From a bacterium (GTDB taxonomy: Bacteria > Zhuqueibacterota > Zhuqueibacteria > Oceanimicrobiales > Oceanimicrobiaceae): DNA of 20,998 nt. The translations under genes were made by a program, and so were the position numbers. Below, piece by piece: positions 17,276 to 20,998 of the stretch (its first letter is position 1; each line of letters begins with the position of its first letter). The notes beneath the pieces were generated by a model, which saw nothing but the letters and a program-made list of their open reading frames with translations, was not told where the DNA came from and made no database searches. The stretch spans positions 1 through 20,998 of the forward strand of contig JBHHXN010000088.1 in NCBI GenBank assembly GCA_046757025.1, read 5' to 3'.

Positions 17276-17336
17276 AAATTCGATCTTTTTAACCTTGTTT
17301 TGAATAATCAAACAAATTCAATTATCTACCTCACAC

Positions 17337-18026
17337 TTACCCAAGATAAGACTTGCGCCAGCCAAAGCTGAATACAGTCGTGAAAGCCAGTACAAAGCTG
17401 GCGAGCACAAAAATGATTAACTGAAATTCCGTTGCCGGCGGTTCTGCCAATAAATTTATTTTGTCGAGATAGTGAATCACCACCAAAAAATTTTTATCGA
17501 GATTTTTTTGCAGCACGGTGAGGACGAAAGCATAAATGGTCAGAACATTAACCACCAGGACCATAACGATGACCACGCCCCTGATTTTAGAACTTTTATG
17601 CAAAAACAAGACTTTAAAGGAATCACGCCACAAATCTCGTATCACAAAATAAATGGTAAAACCGACCAGGATGATGCCGGGATAAGCGATCAATTTTATC
17701 GGCTCCTGCGGAATTCGAAAATTGAATAATAAATAAATTATGAAATAAATCATACTAACACTCAGACAGGCCAGTACAATTATGACGAGCCGCGCCAGCG
17801 CCAATTGTCGGTTAGAAAGGGGTAAACGCGTGACTTGATAATCCCGTTTTTCTCTGTTCCGGTGAATATTCCAGAAAACGGTCAGCATGTAACTGGCGAT
17901 CAAAGTATAGCCGATTCTAATTTCCGAAATGGCAAGTTCATAACAACCCACTAACAGGATGAAGCTGAAACATCCAAAAATCAACTTTTGGTTATAACGA
18001 ATCTCCGCTATGATTATTTTTAGCAT
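17337..18026 (-). CDS. Multi-TM membrane protein, putative ABC-2-type permease; paralog 4
   Basis: Start MLKIIIAEIRY (ATG at 18026, AGGTGAG upstream); EKRDY...LPLS...RL, RDL and RKSYLG end. Confidence 0.85.
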   Translation of the reverse strand: MLKIIIAEIRYNQKLIFGCFSFILLVGCYELAISEIRIGYTLIASYMLTVFWNIHRNREKRDYQVTRLPLSNRQLALARLVIIVLACLSVSMIYFIIYLLFNFRIPQEPIKLIAYPGIILVGFTIYFVIRDLWRDSFKVLFLHKSSKIRGVVIVMVLVVNVLTIYAFVLTVLQKNLDKNFLVVIHYLDKINLLAEPPATEFQLIIFVLASFVLAFTTVFSFGWRKSYLG

Positions 18027-18038
18027 CTCTCTCACCTA

Positions 18039-18713
18039 TCAAACATAAAATCGCCGCTTGCCAAATGTCCACACCGGAAATGCTGCCACTGCCGAAATCA
18101 CAATTAAAAACGTAACTTTACCATAGGTAGTGATAAGCGGGTGGCTGTTATTTACGAATTCAATCAGGCTTTCTAACCAAGCTGTCGGCCGACCGGCTTG
18201 ATAGGTTTGCACCATCACCAGGAGACCAAGAAGATTCAATCCCAGAAATATCACCATACATGCCATTCTCAATCGATTGCGTGTAATTCCTATTTTTCTG
18301 AAAAAGTCCCCAGATAATTCATTCAACTCGTAAACAATGGAAAATCCCAAAATCAGACATGCGGAAACCAAAATTAACGGGAGAGGATTGAATGGTTGTG
18401 GTAAGGGCAAAATTGCCTGAATCAAAGCAGATAAAAATATCACCGTCGCACAGTAAGGGAAAATCATGGCGATTCGTACTACCCCAATTTGGAGGGCTGG
18501 CAGCGGATTGATTTGGAAAAAATAATCTCGTTTCTCACGACTTCTAAAATTGTACCAGTTTTGCGGGAACAGGTACAAGATCATGAATAGGATAAAATAG
18601 GCGGAATTTAACCGATCGATAGCTTCGATAATTTTTACGTAAACAACGATAAACGTGATTCCAAACAAGATATTTTTATGATAATTAAACTCTGCTCGTA
18701 GTATCTGCCACAT
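18039..18713 (-). CDS. Multi-TM membrane protein, putative ABC-2-type permease; paralog 3
   Basis: MWQILRAEFNY start, EKRDY...PLP...RI, NEL and KRRFYV end; GGAG RBS upstream. Confidence 0.85.
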   Translation of the reverse strand: MWQILRAEFNYHKNILFGITFIVVYVKIIEAIDRLNSAYFILFMILYLFPQNWYNFRSREKRDYFFQINPLPALQIGVVRIAMIFPYCATVIFLSALIQAILPLPQPFNPLPLILVSACLILGFSIVYELNELSGDFFRKIGITRNRLRMACMVIFLGLNLLGLLVMVQTYQAGRPTAWLESLIEFVNNSHPLITTYGKVTFLIVISAVAAFPVWTFGKRRFYV

Positions 18714-18724
18714 TTTTTACTCCG

Positions 18725-19368
18725 TTATTCTAAATATGAATGTCTTCGTTGAAAGGTGCGCATTCTTAAAAACACCAATCCAATCCAGATAAAAGTTAAG
18801 ATAGTCGCTCCCATAAACGAGTCCATAAGGATTCTTTGTATCAGCGAGTTGCTGCAATTATATATCAAAGCGAAAAATATGACCGACATGAACAGTGTTA
18901 AGCTAAACCAATAGATCAAATAAAGCCTACAAAGAGCTTTTTCTTAACTGTAGCAAAACGTACATCCTGCATGATTAGATACCCAAAACTAAAAATCAAA
19001 GTCAGACTTGAAAAGGTCATCAATCCACTAAAAGGTGCGATATCATTTGCCAATTGTGAACGCTCAACAATCGCCTGGGTGGCCCAGGCTGAAATCATGA
19101 TGATGTTAAATAACACCACAAATAACAACATTTTTAAGGTGCTCTGTGTTCTGCTTGACACGGGTAAACAGAAGTGCTGTCGTGTGCGTGTTTCTTTGGC
19201 GTCACGGCCAAATAGCGCGGCAAAACACAAGACTAATGGCATCCCGAAAATCGTGTACAAACCCGCCCGGTCGATGAGATACAGCAACCAGATGCCGATT
19301 GTGACAAATGTGGCCAGACACAGCGCCTTTCGATTGTAATTCAATTCTGATTTAATCATTCTCCACAT
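18725..19368 (-). pseudogene. Frameshifted/split multi-TM membrane protein; paralog 2 (ORFs 18916-19368 and 18725-18919)
   Basis: The first ORF has the family start MWRMIKSELNY and ETRTR...LPVS; the second carries the family end RRHSYLE. Adding one base in the T5 run at 18938-18942 fuses them into a 214-aa protein. Confidence 0.75.
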
Positions 19369-19380
19369 AGCTCAATCAAT

Positions 19381-20034
19381 TCACGATTGGTAAGATTTAC
19401 GGTGCAAAAAGAAATGATGGCTCAGGTAAAACATTCCCACACAAATAGAATTGTAGATAAAAGCGTCTAGAAATGTTTTCTGAGTTTTGTTTCCAAAACT
19501 TATATGTTCAGGCTTTAAGTAACCTTTATCTATAAGTACTACACCACTCATTATGAATATAAATAAAATAGTAACATACATAATACGATATTTTTTTAAC
19601 TGCCCAAAACCCAAATCGTGAAACTGAAAAATAAAGTTCATAAGGATCAACAAAATCGCATTTATGGCAGACATATACCATATCGCCTGATTGTCATGAC
19701 CCAAATGTCCAAGAAAAAAGACGACTCCCCATAGAAATACCATGCCTGATTGAAACAGAATCAAAGACATTAAACGAACACGACTGATCTGTTTTAGCGT
19801 AACCGGTAAACGAAGGAAATATCGGTCCCGCTTTTCGTTATCGCTTTGTATGCCCATAATGATAGCAGAAACGACAAGTATTACCGAAGTGATGACCGAG
19901 AAGCCATAAATCCCCTCTATGTCTGGTTCGATATTTCCAGTCCTGTCAAGAAACAGATATATAATTGCAATAGTATAAGCAAAACTCACCATGAATTTAT
20001 TATAAATGAATTCCGCTTTCAGGATTTGCCACAT
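19381..20034 (-). CDS. Multi-TM membrane protein, putative ABC-2-type permease; paralog 1
   Basis: MWQILKAEFIY start, EKRDR...LPVT...RL, HDL and RKSYQS end; GAGG RBS upstream. Confidence 0.85.
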   Translation of the reverse strand: MWQILKAEFIYNKFMVSFAYTIAIIYLFLDRTGNIEPDIEGIYGFSVITSVILVVSAIIMGIQSDNEKRDRYFLRLPVTLKQISRVRLMSLILFQSGMVFLWGVVFFLGHLGHDNQAIWYMSAINAILLILMNFIFQFHDLGFGQLKKYRIMYVTILFIFIMSGVVLIDKGYLKPEHISFGNKTQKTFLDAFIYNSICVGMFYLSHHFFLHRKSYQS

Positions 20035-20077
20035 GATTGACCTCTCAAGGCAGGTTCATTATTTTGATTTCTAATTT

Positions 20078-20965
20078 TCATATCTTCAAAGGCATTCTGC
20101 CTCCCTCTTTAAGTATCTGCACGGCGATTTCATCGATGGTCAGGCGGCTTTCCTGAACGTTTTCAATTCCCAGATCGGCAAGTTGCTTCAAGGTGATCTC
20201 GCGATTGGAACTGATGACCTGGTGATCGTTGCCTTCATGCTGATGGCTCACAATGGCGTCTAACCTTACATTATTTTCCGTAAAACGGAAAGAGATTTTT
20301 CGCCACTGGTCCGTCAAGTCATTTATGCCGGATCGCAGCTTGATCCTGCCGTTGTCCAGAAACGCCAAGTCGTCGGCCAGGCGGCTGATATCCGACAAAA
20401 TGTGCGTGGAGTAAAAAATGGCACGCTCGCCATCTTCCAGCACCTGAAACAGCACATCCAGCACTTCGGTGCGCACCACCGGATCCAGGCCGGCGGTGGG
20501 CTCGTCCAGCAGCAGCAATCTGGGTGAGTGCGCCAGAGCCGAAATCAAGGACAGCTTCACCCGGTTCCCGCCTGAAAGCTCCTTTGCTTTTTTGTGCAAG
20601 GGAATGACAAATCGTTCGGCCAGCTCCTGCACCAGCCGGTCAGACCAATTCGGATAAAACTGGGAAAGAAATTTCAGATTTTTCTCGCCGGACCAGTTTT
20701 CATAGAAAACATGCACGTCTCCCACATACCCGATGTCAAACTTCCAGGCGGGCTTATTGGGATCGTTTCTCCGGCCAAATATTTCCATCTCCCCGCTGTC
20801 AGCTTTGAGAAGTCCCACCAGACAGTGCATGGTGGTGGTTTTGCCGGAGCCGTTGGGCCCGATGTAACCAAGCACGGTGCCGGGCGCTAATTCCAAATTT
20901 AACGGACCCAGTTGAAAGTCTGGAAAGGTCTTAACCAGATTTTTGATACTAAAGGCATTTGGCAT
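20078..20965 (-). CDS. ABC transporter ATP-binding protein (YtrB-like exporter ATPase)
   Basis: GPNGSGKTT, LSGGN, LLLLDEPTAGLDP and STH; GAGGAG RBS at 20973-20978. Confidence 0.95.
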   Translation of the reverse strand: MPNAFSIKNLVKTFPDFQLGPLNLELAPGTVLGYIGPNGSGKTTTMHCLVGLLKADSGEMEIFGRRNDPNKPAWKFDIGYVGDVHVFYENWSGEKNLKFLSQFYPNWSDRLVQELAERFVIPLHKKAKELSGGNRVKLSLISALAHSPRLLLLDEPTAGLDPVVRTEVLDVLFQVLEDGERAIFYSTHILSDISRLADDLAFLDNGRIKLRSGINDLTDQWRKISFRFTENNVRLDAIVSHQHEGNDHQVISSNREITLKQLADLGIENVQESRLTIDEIAVQILKEGGRMPLKI

Positions 20966-20998
20966 AATTTATCTCCTCTGTTTAGGTTCTTTTTTCTC

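Noticed and set aside
15945..20034. Integron cassette array or DNA-repeat-driven shufflon as the explanation for the tandem genes
   Set aside because: Most spacers are 11-12 nt, too short for attC sites; there are no shared DNA repeats beyond atgtgg, and no integrase or recombinase is visible in the window.
308..20890. Numerous antisense or out-of-frame ORFs nested in the called genes (e.g. 2708-3097, 6511-6867, 15160-15564, 18971-19339)
   Set aside because: Shadow ORFs within well-supported genes; no motifs of their own.

Overview
Bacterial genomic window of about 21 kb, with no rRNA, tRNA, CRISPR array or intact transposase recognisable. On the plus strand, left to right: a long Glu/Leu/Phe/Val (leucine-dehydrogenase-like) gene; an nfeD-SPFH(stomatin)-polysaccharide deacetylase operon; a spacer of nested palindromic/MITE-like repeats; a UPF0158-ABC ATPase-ABC-2 permease operon; then a block of a secreted LprI-type lysozyme inhibitor, a PG-binding/pesticin-like muramidase, a 2-TM SLATT/DUF4231-like protein, a membrane-anchored Ig-repeat protein with a C-terminal HhH-type domain and a hypothetical protein. 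The minus-strand operon (12855-20965) converges on this block at a shared hairpin. It has an ABC ATPase followed by six tandem, highly diverged paralogous ~210-230 aa membrane proteins (one split by an apparent 1-bp frameshift), then a NatA/NatB(YhaQ/YhaP)-like ABC pair, then a seventh paralog. This array of seven diversified permease-like genes is the most unusual feature; the inhibitor-muramidase-SLATT module is second. All family assignments come from motif recognition by eye, not database searches.
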